DNA from: an uncultured Candidatus Saccharibacteria bacterium
GTDB taxonomy: Bacteria > Patescibacteriota > Minisyncoccia > Ryanbacterales > GWA2-47-10b
Length of the DNA stretch: 64,000 nt
Direction: 5' to 3'
Assembly: GCA_964356915.1 (NCBI GenBank)
Contig: CAYHJF010000004.1
Span: 663 to 64,662, forward strand
The notes under the pieces were generated by a model. That model saw only the letters and a program-made list of their open reading frames with translations. It searched no databases and was not told the DNA's origin. Of this stretch, positions 38,917 through 47,301 are shown piece after piece (positions within the stretch are counted from its first letter, which is position 1; each line of letters opens with the position of its first letter). The position numbers and the translations under genes were made by a program.

Positions 38917-41475
38917 CTAACGCGAAAAGTATTTTGAGAGTGCTTGCTTATCACGAGCAAGCCAGAGAACACGAGCCTGTATCCGTTCGACGGTCTGCTC
39001 CACTGCCCTATCAGCACCAGGTGCAGAATGTTTTTTGAAAAATATAGAAATTTCTTTTGCCTCACGCGCTAAAGTTAGGGCGCCAAGTGACTGCACAAGA
39101 TAAGCAATCGCATGACTACCAGCATAACGCTCAAGAAATACTGGCCAGTGTTTTTTGATAAAACGCCACCCAATATCTCCACCAAAAGGATTCGTAACAA
39201 CTCCTGCGATTATACCAACTGCATCCTGAAGGCGAACGTGCTTGGTCATAGCAAAATCAAGCGTTTGCTGTAATAGTTTCTCATTTTCAAAACTGGTCAG
39301 TGCGCCGCCAATACGATTTTTTTCTTCGTGGAGTGTCGCGGCCTTATACATCTCAAGCATTTTTTTATATTCTTTAACCCCTCCATACTTGGCAACAGTC
39401 TGATATACAACGCCACGAAGATCGGGATGTATGGTATTTTTCTTTGCGGTCGCATGATCAAAAAGTTTACGTGCATGAGTAATTATCGCTTGATCACCGT
39501 ATGCCGCAGCATTCGCAAGGATGAGACTGCGAAGAAGAGTCTCTGTATGGTTTTCTTTCTTTTTTTTGTTCCACCCTACTTTTTTTGTGCTTGGAGCAAA
39601 TAACGCGCAAGCAAACTTTTTGTATTCACTCGCAAAAGATTCTTTAGCAATTAACAAATAAACCCTCCCGAGACCGGAGGCAAGTTGCCGCCAGACGGTA
39701 TAATCATCTTCTTTCTTATAGCTTTGAATGAACTCAAGCGCAGCAATAATATCTGCCTCCCCTGCCTCTGCAAGCGCAACTGCATCGCGCACCAAACCGA
39801 GGCGATCTGAAGCGGGCAGTTTTTTCTGTTCGATATCTCTATGAAATGCTTGCCACATTTCAGCTGGATATTTGGTCCGGAAGAATCCTGACTCAAGAAA
39901 ATTTGCCTTGAAATGTGGTCCGACGAAAGAAAGCGGCAATTGCTTTGTCTTCGTATCAAACATAATTTTCTTCGAAGATTTTTGACCCTTCAACTCTACC
40001 GGAATATGCCAGACGGTTGTATTCTTTGCTCCCTTCTTAGAATGCGGGTGTAGAAAAAAACGAGATTGTGAAAGCACGAGCTGCTGTCCTTTTTTCTCAA
40101 TCGTAACAAGCGGATAACCGGGCATTCTCGTCCAATGTCTCATGATCTTGCGAACAGGCTTCTTCGATACCTTCTCAAACGAATCCCAGAGATGTTCCGT
40201 GGAAGTATTGGTATAGCTGTATTTTTTTAAGTAGTAGCGGAGGCCGTCGCGAAAATCCTTCTCGCCAAGGTATCGCGCGAGCATACGGATAATACTCGCT
40301 CCCTTTGAGTAGCTTACTGCATCGAATATTTCGCTAATCTGATCAGGATGATGTACATCAATCTCAATTGGATGAGTATTCTTGAGCGCATCGAGACGAA
40401 GCGCCTCACCAAGATCGAGAAAGATAAACTGCGTCCAAATATCCCACTTTGGGAATAAATGGTCGACTGCTAAGTATTCAATGTATGAAGCGAAGCCTTC
40501 GTTGAGCCACAAATGTGTCCACCACTCCATAGTCACAAGATTGCCAAACCACTGGTGAGAGAGCTCATGCGCAATGACAAGTGCTACCCACTGTTTGCTC
40601 ATAGCAGATGAGTGTTCAGGATCGATCAACAGTGCAGACTCCCGATAAGTAATAGCGCCCCAATTTTCCATAGCCCCTGAAGCAAAATCCGGAATCGCGA
40701 TCAGATCGAGCACCGGCAAAGGATAGGCAATATCAAAATATGTAGTAAAAAAAGAAAGTGTACGCGTAGCACACTCAAGCGCAAATTGTGCCTGATGTTT
40801 TTTGCCGGGCGTCGTAAAGACACGTACGAGCACGCCTTCTCGCGTCTTCTTTTCAACATATTCAAAATCTCCAACAATAAACGCGAGGAGATAGGTCGAC
40901 ATCTTAGGAGTCGGAGCAAACTGCACTGTTTTGTAACCACTCTGATGCTCGATAATTTCAACCGGCATCGTATTTGAAATCGCAGTGCTTCCTTGTGGAA
41001 CTACAAGTCGCACTTCAAATGTTGCCTTTTGCGCCGGCTCATCAAAACACGGAAATGCACGACGCGCATCGGTAGACTCGAATTGCGTCGTTGCTAAATA
41101 CCGCTTCTTCCCATCGACCTCATAACTACTTCGATAGAAACCGTGCATTTTGTCATTGAGCAGACCACGAAACACCAGACGAAGTTTTATCTTCCCTTTT
41201 GTAAGTTTATGAGGAAAGAGAAATGTTGCCGTCTCTTTTTTGGAATCCTGTATAATCTTATGCGCGAGCACATCAAGCCCCGGCTGGACAATCTGAGCGC
41301 TCTCAATATCGAGATCTTTTGAGTGAAGCGTGATTCTATCAACAGTCTTCTCTACGCGTAGATCTATGATCTCCTCTCCTTCAAACACAAATGCCTCAAG
41401 ATCCGGTTTGAGTGTGAGCGTATAGTGCTCGGGTTGTACGTGCGTTTCGAGTCGAACTGTTTGTCTTTTTTTCAT
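38917..41475 (-). CDS. M1-family aminopeptidase (aminopeptidase N-like)
   Basis: GAMENWG exopeptidase motif; HELSHQWFGNLVTMEWWTHLWLNEGFA zinc site (HExxH-x18-E). Start trimmed to MKKRQTV. Confidence 0.9.
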   Translation of the reverse strand: MKKRQTVRLETHVQPEHYTLTLKPDLEAFVFEGEEIIDLRVEKTVDRITLHSKDLDIESAQIVQPGLDVLAHKIIQDSKKETATFLFPHKLTKGKIKLRLVFRGLLNDKMHGFYRSSYEVDGKKRYLATTQFESTDARRAFPCFDEPAQKATFEVRLVVPQGSTAISNTMPVEIIEHQSGYKTVQFAPTPKMSTYLLAFIVGDFEYVEKKTREGVLVRVFTTPGKKHQAQFALECATRTLSFFTTYFDIAYPLPVLDLIAIPDFASGAMENWGAITYRESALLIDPEHSSAMSKQWVALVIAHELSHQWFGNLVTMEWWTHLWLNEGFASYIEYLAVDHLFPKWDIWTQFIFLDLGEALRLDALKNTHPIEIDVHHPDQISEIFDAVSYSKGASIIRMLARYLGEKDFRDGLRYYLKKYSYTNTSTEHLWDSFEKVSKKPVRKIMRHWTRMPGYPLVTIEKKGQQLVLSQSRFFLHPHSKKGAKNTTVWHIPVELKGQKSSKKIMFDTKTKQLPLSFVGPHFKANFLESGFFRTKYPAEMWQAFHRDIEQKKLPASDRLGLVRDAVALAEAGEADIIAALEFIQSYKKEDDYTVWRQLASGLGRVYLLIAKESFASEYKKFACALFAPSTKKVGWNKKKKENHTETLLRSLILANAAAYGDQAIITHARKLFDHATAKKNTIHPDLRGVVYQTVAKYGGVKEYKKMLEMYKAATLHEEKNRIGGALTSFENEKLLQQTLDFAMTKHVRLQDAVGIIAGVVTNPFGGDIGWRFIKKHWPVFLERYAGSHAIAYLVQSLGALTLAREAKEISIFFKKHSAPGADRAVEQTVERIQARVLWLARDKQALSKYFSR

Positions 41476-41555
41476 AGAGTAGATTCTGCGCAAAGATATT
41501 TCTTTCAATCAGTATACTATCTTAACCGACGCGTCTCGAGTACCTAGAAGATTTA

Positions 41556-41906
41556 TTATTTCCGTAAAATCTTCTCCATCAGTCTCCCCTTTGCTAGCTC
41601 ATCGATCAGTTTATCCAAATAGCGGATTTCTCGCATAAGCGGTTCTTTGATTTCTTCTAATCTCACGCCGCAAATCACACCCTGAATCAAAGCTCGAGAA
41701 GGATTCAGCTTAGGAGCTTCCGCAAAGAAAGTCTCAAAGTCTGTCTTCTTTTTCAGTTGGGCTTCTAACTTTTTCTGACTATACCCTGTTAGCCAATGAA
41801 TGGCTTCGTCAACTTCTGCTTTTGTACGTCCTTTCTTCTTTACCTTAGTAATATAAAGCGGATAGACACCTGCAAAGCTCATTGTATAAATCCGATGTTT
41901 TTCCAT
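41556..41906 (-). CDS. DUF2200 family protein
   Basis: Start trimmed to [34 protein letters not shown]. Confidence 0.55.
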   Translation of the reverse strand: MEKHRIYTMSFAGVYPLYITKVKKKGRTKAEVDEAIHWLTGYSQKKLEAQLKKKTDFETFFAEAPKLNPSRALIQGVICGVRLEEIKEPLMREIRYLDKLIDELAKGRLMEKILRK

Positions 41907-41917
41907 AATATCTACTC

Positions 41918-42121
41918 TTATTTCTTGTACTCCAAAATATCTCCGGGCTGACATTGAAGCGCCTTACAAATTGCTTCCAATGTTGAGAATCGAATCGCTT
42001 TTGCCTTGCTGTTTTTTAAGACTGAAATGTTGGCCATCGTGATGCCAACTTTCTCGGCAAGATCGGTGACGCTCATTTTCCGCTTCGCCAACATAACATC
42101 GATGTTTATGATAATTGCCAT
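41918..42121 (-). CDS. XRE/Cro-type HTH transcriptional regulator (YozG-like)
   Basis: [28 protein letters not shown]; 67 aa. Confidence 0.75.
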   Translation of the reverse strand: MAIIINIDVMLAKRKMSVTDLAEKVGITMANISVLKNSKAKAIRFSTLEAICKALQCQPGDILEYKK

Positions 42122-42125
42122 AGCA

Positions 42126-42605
42126 TTAAACGGTTAAGTCATTCTCAGACTTTATATCAACAGCACTTTGTAACGTCCTTTCAAACACGGCTGCGGCAGT
42201 GGCAATGACGGCAGAAATAAAAGTAGCCAAAATACCTATAGCGATAAAACCTGCTGGATCATCATCCATATTATGAGACGTCCTTATATACAGTACCGCC
42301 ATTACAATCGAGATACCCAATATAATTGCGCAATACTTTATAGTCCTTAAATTTTTCACGGAGCTTAGTGAGAATACTTTATTTTGCCCGATGTATCCGA
42401 GTAACTTAAATGCCTGATACAGCGCAACAAAAAATGCGATAGATACTACGTATCCATATATGATGAACGGATCAGAATAAATACTAAATAGGTCTAAGTT
42501 TACAGCCCTCCCCTCAGTCAAAGGAAACCGAATCATAATGGCCAGCGCCACGATACCGATGAGCACAATGACTACTTGAAGAAATATTGTTGAGCTTCTT
42601 TTCAT
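42126..42605 (-). CDS. DUF2975 family membrane protein
   Basis: 4 TM helices; sits directly upstream of the YozG-like HTH gene, an arrangement I recall as recurrent. Confidence 0.6.
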   Translation of the reverse strand: MKRSSTIFLQVVIVLIGIVALAIMIRFPLTEGRAVNLDLFSIYSDPFIIYGYVVSIAFFVALYQAFKLLGYIGQNKVFSLSSVKNLRTIKYCAIILGISIVMAVLYIRTSHNMDDDPAGFIAIGILATFISAVIATAAAVFERTLQSAVDIKSENDLTV

Positions 42606-42659
42606 GGTTAGTTCTTACAAAAGATTAATCTCCTTTATATTTCCATCCTAGTTTAGTAC

Positions 42660-42700
42660 TTATCGTTTGTCAATATGTATTTATCGTTATTTATTGATAA
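42660..42700. promoter_or_regulatory. candidate operator in the DUF2975-HTH-DUF2200 promoter region
   Basis: Direct repeats TTATCGTT at 42660 and 42681; inverted repeat TTATC-N10-GATAA at 42681-42700; TTGACA-like hexamer on the minus strand nearby. Confidence 0.3.
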
Positions 42701-42751
42701 ATAACTGGGAAGATGCCAGAACCTTTTTAGGCTACCTAGTGGTAAAAGCAC

Positions 42752-43921
42752 CTAACTAATGTGTTTGACCGCCTCCATTTCCTTGGCTAAAACTTGTCTA
42801 TCTTGAACATCCCCTTTTTGCTTCACTAACATCCATACGGCAAACAATGTAGAAATGGGTACTGCTAAAACTAAACCGATACTTCCAATCATGGTACGTA
42901 TAATCTCTGTAGCAAAAATCTCTTTATTTAAAGTCAAACTGAAATTAGCTTTAGAGGAATAAAAAAGGAGTAAAAGAGGTAAAGACGCTCCAACATACGC
43001 GATCGCAAGCGTATTTACCAACGCACCAATATGCTCTCTACCAATACGTATCGCTCTTTTGTAAATTGTACCTTTCGGTAGATGCGGACCAGCACGGCGT
43101 AATTCTTCCACCGAGATCGCTTGACCTATAGCAACGTCATAGAGAACTCCGAGAAGACCAATCATAATACCGCCGAGTAGTAACCCTGAGAAATCAATAG
43201 TACCGCCCGTATCAAAATTCAGATAAACCGATTCCTCAGATTCAAAACCGCTTAACCGTGTATATTTTACCGCAGCATAAGCAAGAAAACCCGTAAAAAC
43301 GATAGTCACAACCATCCCGAGTACTGCTGCAGTTGTTGTCTTATTAAATCCATGGGTAATATATGATCCGATGACAATGATAATCGATGAAACCCCGATA
43401 CTTACCAATATAGGAGAGTAACCATGGAGAACAGCAGGCAATAATATGTACATTATAAAAAACAGACTACCTATAAGCGAAAGGAGCCCCCGTATACCCT
43501 GTATACCTCCGAATATAAGAATACTGAGAACAAACAAACCAATAAAAAAATAAAGAGCTGGTAATCTGTATAGCTCGGAAACCGCATATTGATCTCGTCC
43601 GTCTACAGAATTTTTAGTATGCAGGAGATAGAAGATCTCTCCTTTCTGTAAGTTTTGATAATCATTATCAAGAATTGCCTCTTTACCCTTTTCTTCGCCC
43701 TCAAGAATCTTAACCCGAAGTGTTTGGTATTCTGTTTGCACATCCAGTCCTGGGATATCTCTCTTTTCCTGTTTCAATATCTCAAGAACCTCTGCCTTTG
43801 ATACAGAATGTTCATCCACCACTAACTCTTGGGCATACGCTCTCGTGAAAACAAAAAAGCTTCCTAATAAGAAAACTCCTGTAACAAAAAGTATTTTTAA
43901 TGATCTCATTAATTCAAGCAT
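42752..43921 (-). CDS. YibE/F-like multi-pass membrane protein (tentative)
   Basis: N-terminal extracytoplasmic domain after a signal/anchor, then ~8 TM helices. Confidence 0.4.
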   Translation of the reverse strand: MLELMRSLKILFVTGVFLLGSFFVFTRAYAQELVVDEHSVSKAEVLEILKQEKRDIPGLDVQTEYQTLRVKILEGEEKGKEAILDNDYQNLQKGEIFYLLHTKNSVDGRDQYAVSELYRLPALYFFIGLFVLSILIFGGIQGIRGLLSLIGSLFFIMYILLPAVLHGYSPILVSIGVSSIIIVIGSYITHGFNKTTTAAVLGMVVTIVFTGFLAYAAVKYTRLSGFESEESVYLNFDTGGTIDFSGLLLGGIMIGLLGVLYDVAIGQAISVEELRRAGPHLPKGTIYKRAIRIGREHIGALVNTLAIAYVGASLPLLLLFYSSKANFSLTLNKEIFATEIIRTMIGSIGLVLAVPISTLFAVWMLVKQKGDVQDRQVLAKEMEAVKHIS

Positions 43922-44337
43922 TTATCGCAAAGCCCAAAAAACTCAAGTGAGTGCCGTTCAATCTTACTAAACCTTTTGGATTTTCGTAAAACGCTTTTTT
44001 CCATTGAATCTATATCACAATCTTCAACGTCCTCTACAGCGCCACATTTAATACAAATAAGATGGTGATGATCTCCATCAGCATCTGTAAGTTCATAATG
44101 CGGATGGCTGTGCTGAAAATCAATTTGACGAATGATCTTACTCTCCTTAAGAGCCTTTAAAATACGGTACGTTGTTGCCTGATCAGCATACTTTAATACG
44201 CGGTCAACAATTGTCTGTGGACTCAAAGGCTTTTTTGTAGTTTGGAGCAACTTCAAAATCAACAGGCGTGCAGGTGTCGCCTTATATCCTGCTTTATGTA
44301 ATACAGCTCGAAAATCAATGGTGGGTTGCACTGCCAT
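43909..44337 (-). CDS. fur: Fur-family metal-responsive transcriptional regulator
   Basis: Winged-helix N-terminus; HHHLICIKCGAVEDV and C-terminal CDKC metal sites. Confidence 0.85.
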   Translation of the reverse strand: MAVQPTIDFRAVLHKAGYKATPARLLILKLLQTTKKPLSPQTIVDRVLKYADQATTYRILKALKESKIIRQIDFQHSHPHYELTDADGDHHHLICIKCGAVEDVEDCDIDSMEKSVLRKSKRFSKIERHSLEFFGLCDKCLN

Positions 44338-44354
44338 ATGTTCAGTATATATAA

Positions 44355-44370
44355 ATGCGAATTACTTGCA
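44355..44370. promoter_or_regulatory. operator-like motif copy 1 (ATGCGAATTACTTGCA) overlapping the fur -35/spacer
   Basis: 16-nt motif repeated 61 bp away; minus-strand TTGCAA-N16-TATACT promoter ends 6 nt before the fur ATG. Confidence 0.4.
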
Positions 44371-44412
44371 AATAATTTGACTACAATTCAACTGGTACTG
44401 TACTGTACTATT

Positions 44413-44435
44413 TAGATGCGAATTTCTTGCATCTA
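44413..44435. promoter_or_regulatory. operator-like motif copy 2 inside the palindrome TAGATGC-N9-GCATCTA, upstream of the divergent Cys-rich ORF
   Basis: ATGCGAATTTCTTGCA inside a perfect 7-bp inverted repeat; sits between a putative promoter and the RBS. Confidence 0.4.
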
Positions 44436-44450
44436 GAACAGGAGCGAACA

Positions 44451-44717
44451 ATGTCAGCACCTTGTGAATCGTGCCCGTGCGACTGCACGCAATGCGCATG
44501 GGACCATGCAGCAGCGATACCCGCAAACACCTCGAAAGCACTCCGCGTCATCCGTACCCCAGCCGAGTACGGGTGCGTACGGGCGGGGGCAGCGATCGTG
44601 GTGGACAGTGACCGAACGCCCTTCATGCAAATGGGCGAAAGACTCTTCCCACTCTCCCCTCTCTACGGGAAGGTGATCGCAAGCACTCAGCTCGAGCGCG
44701 ACATCGCAGCCGCGTGA
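44451..44717 (+). CDS. small Cys-rich (CESCPCDCTQC) metal-binding-like protein in a GC-rich cassette, hypothetical
   Basis: Strong RBS AGGAG 6 nt upstream of ATG; N-terminal MSAPCESCPCDCTQCAWDH; local GC far above the flanks; divergent from fur. Confidence 0.5.
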   Translation: MSAPCESCPCDCTQCAWDHAAAIPANTSKALRVIRTPAEYGCVRAGAAIVVDSDRTPFMQMGERLFPLSPLYGKVIASTQLERDIAAA

Positions 44718-44729
44718 ACAACCTTGACT

Positions 44730-44758
44730 GGCGTCTCGGCCCTAACCGCCGAGGCGCC
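44730..44758 (+). other. GC-rich 11-bp stem hairpin (1 mismatch) between the Cys-rich ORF and the DUF1360 gene
   Basis: ggcgtctcggc-cctaacc-gccgaggcgcc; the T-run begins only ~10 nt later, so it is a weak terminator or attenuator. Confidence 0.3.
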
Positions 44759-44777
44759 AGTCCTCACTTCTTTTTTT

Positions 44778-45194
44778 ATGATCTATACTTTAATACTTCT
44801 TTCTATAGCAGTAGCTGGCGTAGCCATGCTTTGGGGACGATTACTCAAAGATTCTTTGTGGTTACAAAGAAACCTCCAAAAGAAAATTCCTGGAGTTTTT
44901 TATCATGCGCTTGAATGCCCATTTTGTTTTACCTTTTGGGCAGCTCTTTTTGCATGCCTTCTATTTGATCCAATACCTCAAATATTGTCGCTACGCATCA
45001 CGCTGCCCTCACAGATAGTTTCAGTTCTGTATATTCTATTGAGCTGGATGACCACGGGAGTTGTTGCATTAGGTATTCGTACATTAACCGAATATCCATT
45101 TCGTATTGGTAATATCCTTCTTTGCATACTAAAAAAACATCCTCTTCATCATCATGAGGAAACTCACACAAATCAAAAGACAAAGGCCCTTTAG
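44778..45194 (+). CDS. DUF1360 family membrane protein
   Basis: Start trimmed to MIYTLILL; CPFCFTFW matches the DUF1360 CP.C.S.W motif; His-rich tail HPLHHHEETH. Confidence 0.55.
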   Translation: MIYTLILLSIAVAGVAMLWGRLLKDSLWLQRNLQKKIPGVFYHALECPFCFTFWAALFACLLFDPIPQILSLRITLPSQIVSVLYILLSWMTTGVVALGIRTLTEYPFRIGNILLCILKKHPLHHHEETHTNQKTKAL

Positions 45195-45297
45195 AACTCG
45201 ACCCTGTGACGCGAGAGAGCTATTACGATCAACGCCCAAAAACAGAACCATGTAAAATGGTTCTGTTTTTGGCATGCTTGTCGTCTCTAACAATCAA

Positions 45298-45633
45298 CTA
45301 CATCGGGCGCGCTTCCATGATCTCGATGGTCGCGCCAGGAATACCAAAATGTGGGTGGCCCTTGAAAAGCTCCGCCACTGCTTCAGCAGATTCACCTTGG
45401 ACATACGAAGACAACATCATATCGTTTCTTACATCTTCGACGCCTGACGCACTCACGCGCTTTGTCTTTCCCAGAGCAATGCTGTTGAGAACCGCACCTG
45501 CGTGCGCTGCCGTCCATGCATCCCACTCTGTTTTCATTTTTGCCTCTGCATCTTTACGCTCGGCTTCCGGCTTCTTCATCCACTCTTCCATAGCCGCTGC
45601 CGGTGCCATATATATAACGGTAAAATTTTTCAT
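45298..45633 (-). CDS. hypothetical protein
   Basis: Start trimmed to MKNFTVIYM; alpha+beta small protein, no confident family. Confidence 0.4.
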   Translation of the reverse strand: MKNFTVIYMAPAAAMEEWMKKPEAERKDAEAKMKTEWDAWTAAHAGAVLNSIALGKTKRVSASGVEDVRNDMMLSSYVQGESAEAVAELFKGHPHFGIPGATIEIMEARPM

Positions 45634-45830
45634 ATGCTCGCAGTGTACCCCATTGCGAGGTTCACCGTCTACAACAACCAAAAACCGAATCATACAAGAT
45701 GACTCGGTTTTTAGTTGTACTAGCCCTTACCGATCTCGTACATTTACCCATTAAGTCCCCCCAAGGCTTTTTTGATTACTTTTATTCTACCACTTTGATG
45801 CTCCTCGGAATAAGCCTTTTCAAGCTTTTG

Positions 45831-46100
45831 CTAATCGCGACAATAAGAACGTACTGCAGAATCCTTTGCCGGTTTACAAGTAATGTTATTTGGGTCTGTG
45901 CGTGAGTCGCAAAGCCAATTACCCATTTCATTCGCACTTTCACAGTCAATCATATTCTGATAACGAGCAGATACAAAACAGTCGTTATAACCCATTGAAC
46001 AAATTACACCTTCAACAGGAAACTTTGCATTTTCGTACCAAAAATAACATGTACCCAGAACAAGTATTATAATTATACCAATTAAATATTTGTTATTCAT
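45831..46100 (-). CDS. small secreted Cys-rich protein, hypothetical
   Basis: Signal peptide plus 8 Cys in 60 aa. Confidence 0.4.
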   Translation of the reverse strand: MNNKYLIGIIIILVLGTCYFWYENAKFPVEGVICSMGYNDCFVSARYQNMIDCESANEMGNWLCDSRTDPNNITCKPAKDSAVRSYCRD

Positions 46101-46170
46101 CTGATAATTATATTCTAATAAAGCTTGATGCGAAGCTATACGCTTCTTAGAGTCCGAACCTATCTCAAAC

Positions 46171-46244
46171 TGGCTGCCAGACTAGGATTCGAACCTAGAT
46201 TCACGGCTTCAAAGGCCGCTGTCCTACCATTAGACGATCTGGCA
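46171..46244 (-). tRNA. tRNA-Gln (anticodon UUG), CCA encoded
   Basis: Hand-folded cloverleaf: acceptor TGCCAGA/TCTGGCA, D arm GTCT-AATGGTA-GGAC, anticodon arm GCGGC-CTTTGAA-GCCGT, T arm CTAGG-TTCGAAT-CCTAG, discriminator G, CCA. Confidence 0.8.
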
Positions 46245-46246
46245 AT
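46228..46246 (-). repeat. 19-nt direct repeat, copy A (tRNA-Gln nt -2 to 17)
   Basis: cattagacgatctggcaat is identical at 46370-46388. Confidence 0.7.
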
Positions 46247-46369
46247 AATACTTCTGTAGACAGCGGCCTTTACGGCCACTATCCCGCGCCCCATCGGCGC
46301 GGCCGAGGAAATGTTCTTCGCTCGCCCGCTCGCTACATTTCCTGTAAGAGCAACCCCATTGCTCTTACA
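46247..46369 (-). ncRNA. GC-rich multi-hairpin module between the repeats (candidate structured leader or small RNA, or insertion scar)
   Basis: Perfect stems: 11 bp tgtaagagcaa/ttgctcttaca (loop cccca); 8 bp ggaaatgt/acatttcc (20-nt loop); 7 bp ccgcgcc/ggcgcgg (loop ccatc); ggcc-N5-ggcc. Also carries an inverted copy resembling the tRNA anticodon arm (gacagcggcctttacggcc). Confidence 0.35.
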
Positions 46370-46388
46370 CATTAGACGATCTGGCAAT
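46370..46388 (-). repeat. 19-nt direct repeat, copy B
   Basis: Identical to 46228-46246. Confidence 0.7.
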
Positions 46389-46406
46389 GAAAACAAACGT
46401 GCTGAC

Positions 46407-46435
46407 ATTCTAGCGTAAAGCAACACTTTTTTGAA
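46407..46435 (-). promoter_or_regulatory. sigma70-like promoter (TTCAAA-N17-TAGAAT) driving the repeat/hairpin/tRNA-Gln unit
   Basis: Minus-strand -35 TTCAAA (plus 46430-46435), 17-nt spacer, -10 TAGAAT (plus 46407-46412); lies just after the upstream terminator. Confidence 0.4.
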
Positions 46436-46439
46436 GTAA

Positions 46440-46463
46440 ATAAAAAAGGCGCGGGATGCGCCC
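46440..46463 (-). terminator. rho-independent terminator of the BtpA-like gene
   Basis: aggcgc-gggat-gcgcct then a T-run on the minus strand. Confidence 0.6.
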
Positions 46464-46464
46464 T

Positions 46465-47166
46465 CTAATTACCGATTGCTCGTGCAAATGCCTTTACACG
46501 CTTAGCATCCAACTGATGAAATGACTTGCCGATACCCGTTGCTACAAGGAAACAATTTGCATACTCGAGATAAGGGCCTACATTTTCGGGAGTCATGCCA
46601 CTCGCAATCGCGAGCGGAGATGTACCTATCGCTAAACGCATCATTTGAATTTTTTCTATCGAAGGAGCTTTGCCAGTCGCATCCCCACTCGTTGTCACAA
46701 CATCCATATATGGAACAGCAGCTCGGGCTACAGTCCCCAGATTCTGCACGGGCTCTTGGCCTTTGAAGGCAACTCCGCCAAAGTAGAGTCCCTTCCAATC
46801 ACGACGAGCCTTACGTGCTCGCCACGTAGCACTTGCCTCATAGGCAGGAAAATCTTCCGCTTCATCAATACCCGCATTATCATGCCAAAGACCCGATATA
46901 TTGGTTGGTAATTTCAATATTGCATCCGTTGGCGAAATGCCCAGAAAATTGAGCCCGACCCAAAATTCCGAACATGCAAACTGCACGGCATGAGAAATTT
47001 CCCATAACCGCTGAGGCGATCGAGCTCCATGGTCAATGAGAAAAACACCATTCGCCCCATGATCCCGCGCGAGACGTGCATTGAGAATCGCTTGATCTGT
47101 ATTAAGTACATGAATAACCGCAAGGAATGTATGAGGTTTCGGGAATACTTTCCCATAAGCCGGCAT
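46465..47166 (-). CDS. BtpA/SgcQ-family TIM-barrel protein (tentative)
   Basis: FLAVIHVLN N-terminal strand motif and an overall alpha/beta pattern of ~230 aa. Confidence 0.4.
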   Translation of the reverse strand: MPAYGKVFPKPHTFLAVIHVLNTDQAILNARLARDHGANGVFLIDHGARSPQRLWEISHAVQFACSEFWVGLNFLGISPTDAILKLPTNISGLWHDNAGIDEAEDFPAYEASATWRARKARRDWKGLYFGGVAFKGQEPVQNLGTVARAAVPYMDVVTTSGDATGKAPSIEKIQMMRLAIGTSPLAIASGMTPENVGPYLEYANCFLVATGIGKSFHQLDAKRVKAFARAIGN

Positions 47167-47301
47167 CGTACGACCACCTTCTATCGTTCTTATAGCACGG
47201 AGTTTGTAGGCCGTGAAGATGATGTATCACATCTTTTTACACTCATACGATATGCACCAAAACCCCACTTTCATAAGCTTAAACTCATCTATAATAAATA
47301 T

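Noticed and set aside
44408-44626. Minus-strand 72-aa ORF inside the GC-rich Cys-rich gene
   Set aside because: It is antisense to an ORF with an excellent RBS, and it is an artefact of GC-rich composition.
46171-46435. Large integrated element using tRNA-Gln as attachment site
   Set aside because: The direct repeats are only 123 nt apart and no integrase or cargo lies between or beside them. At most this is a remnant, so I report it as a repeat/leader anomaly rather than a mobile element.
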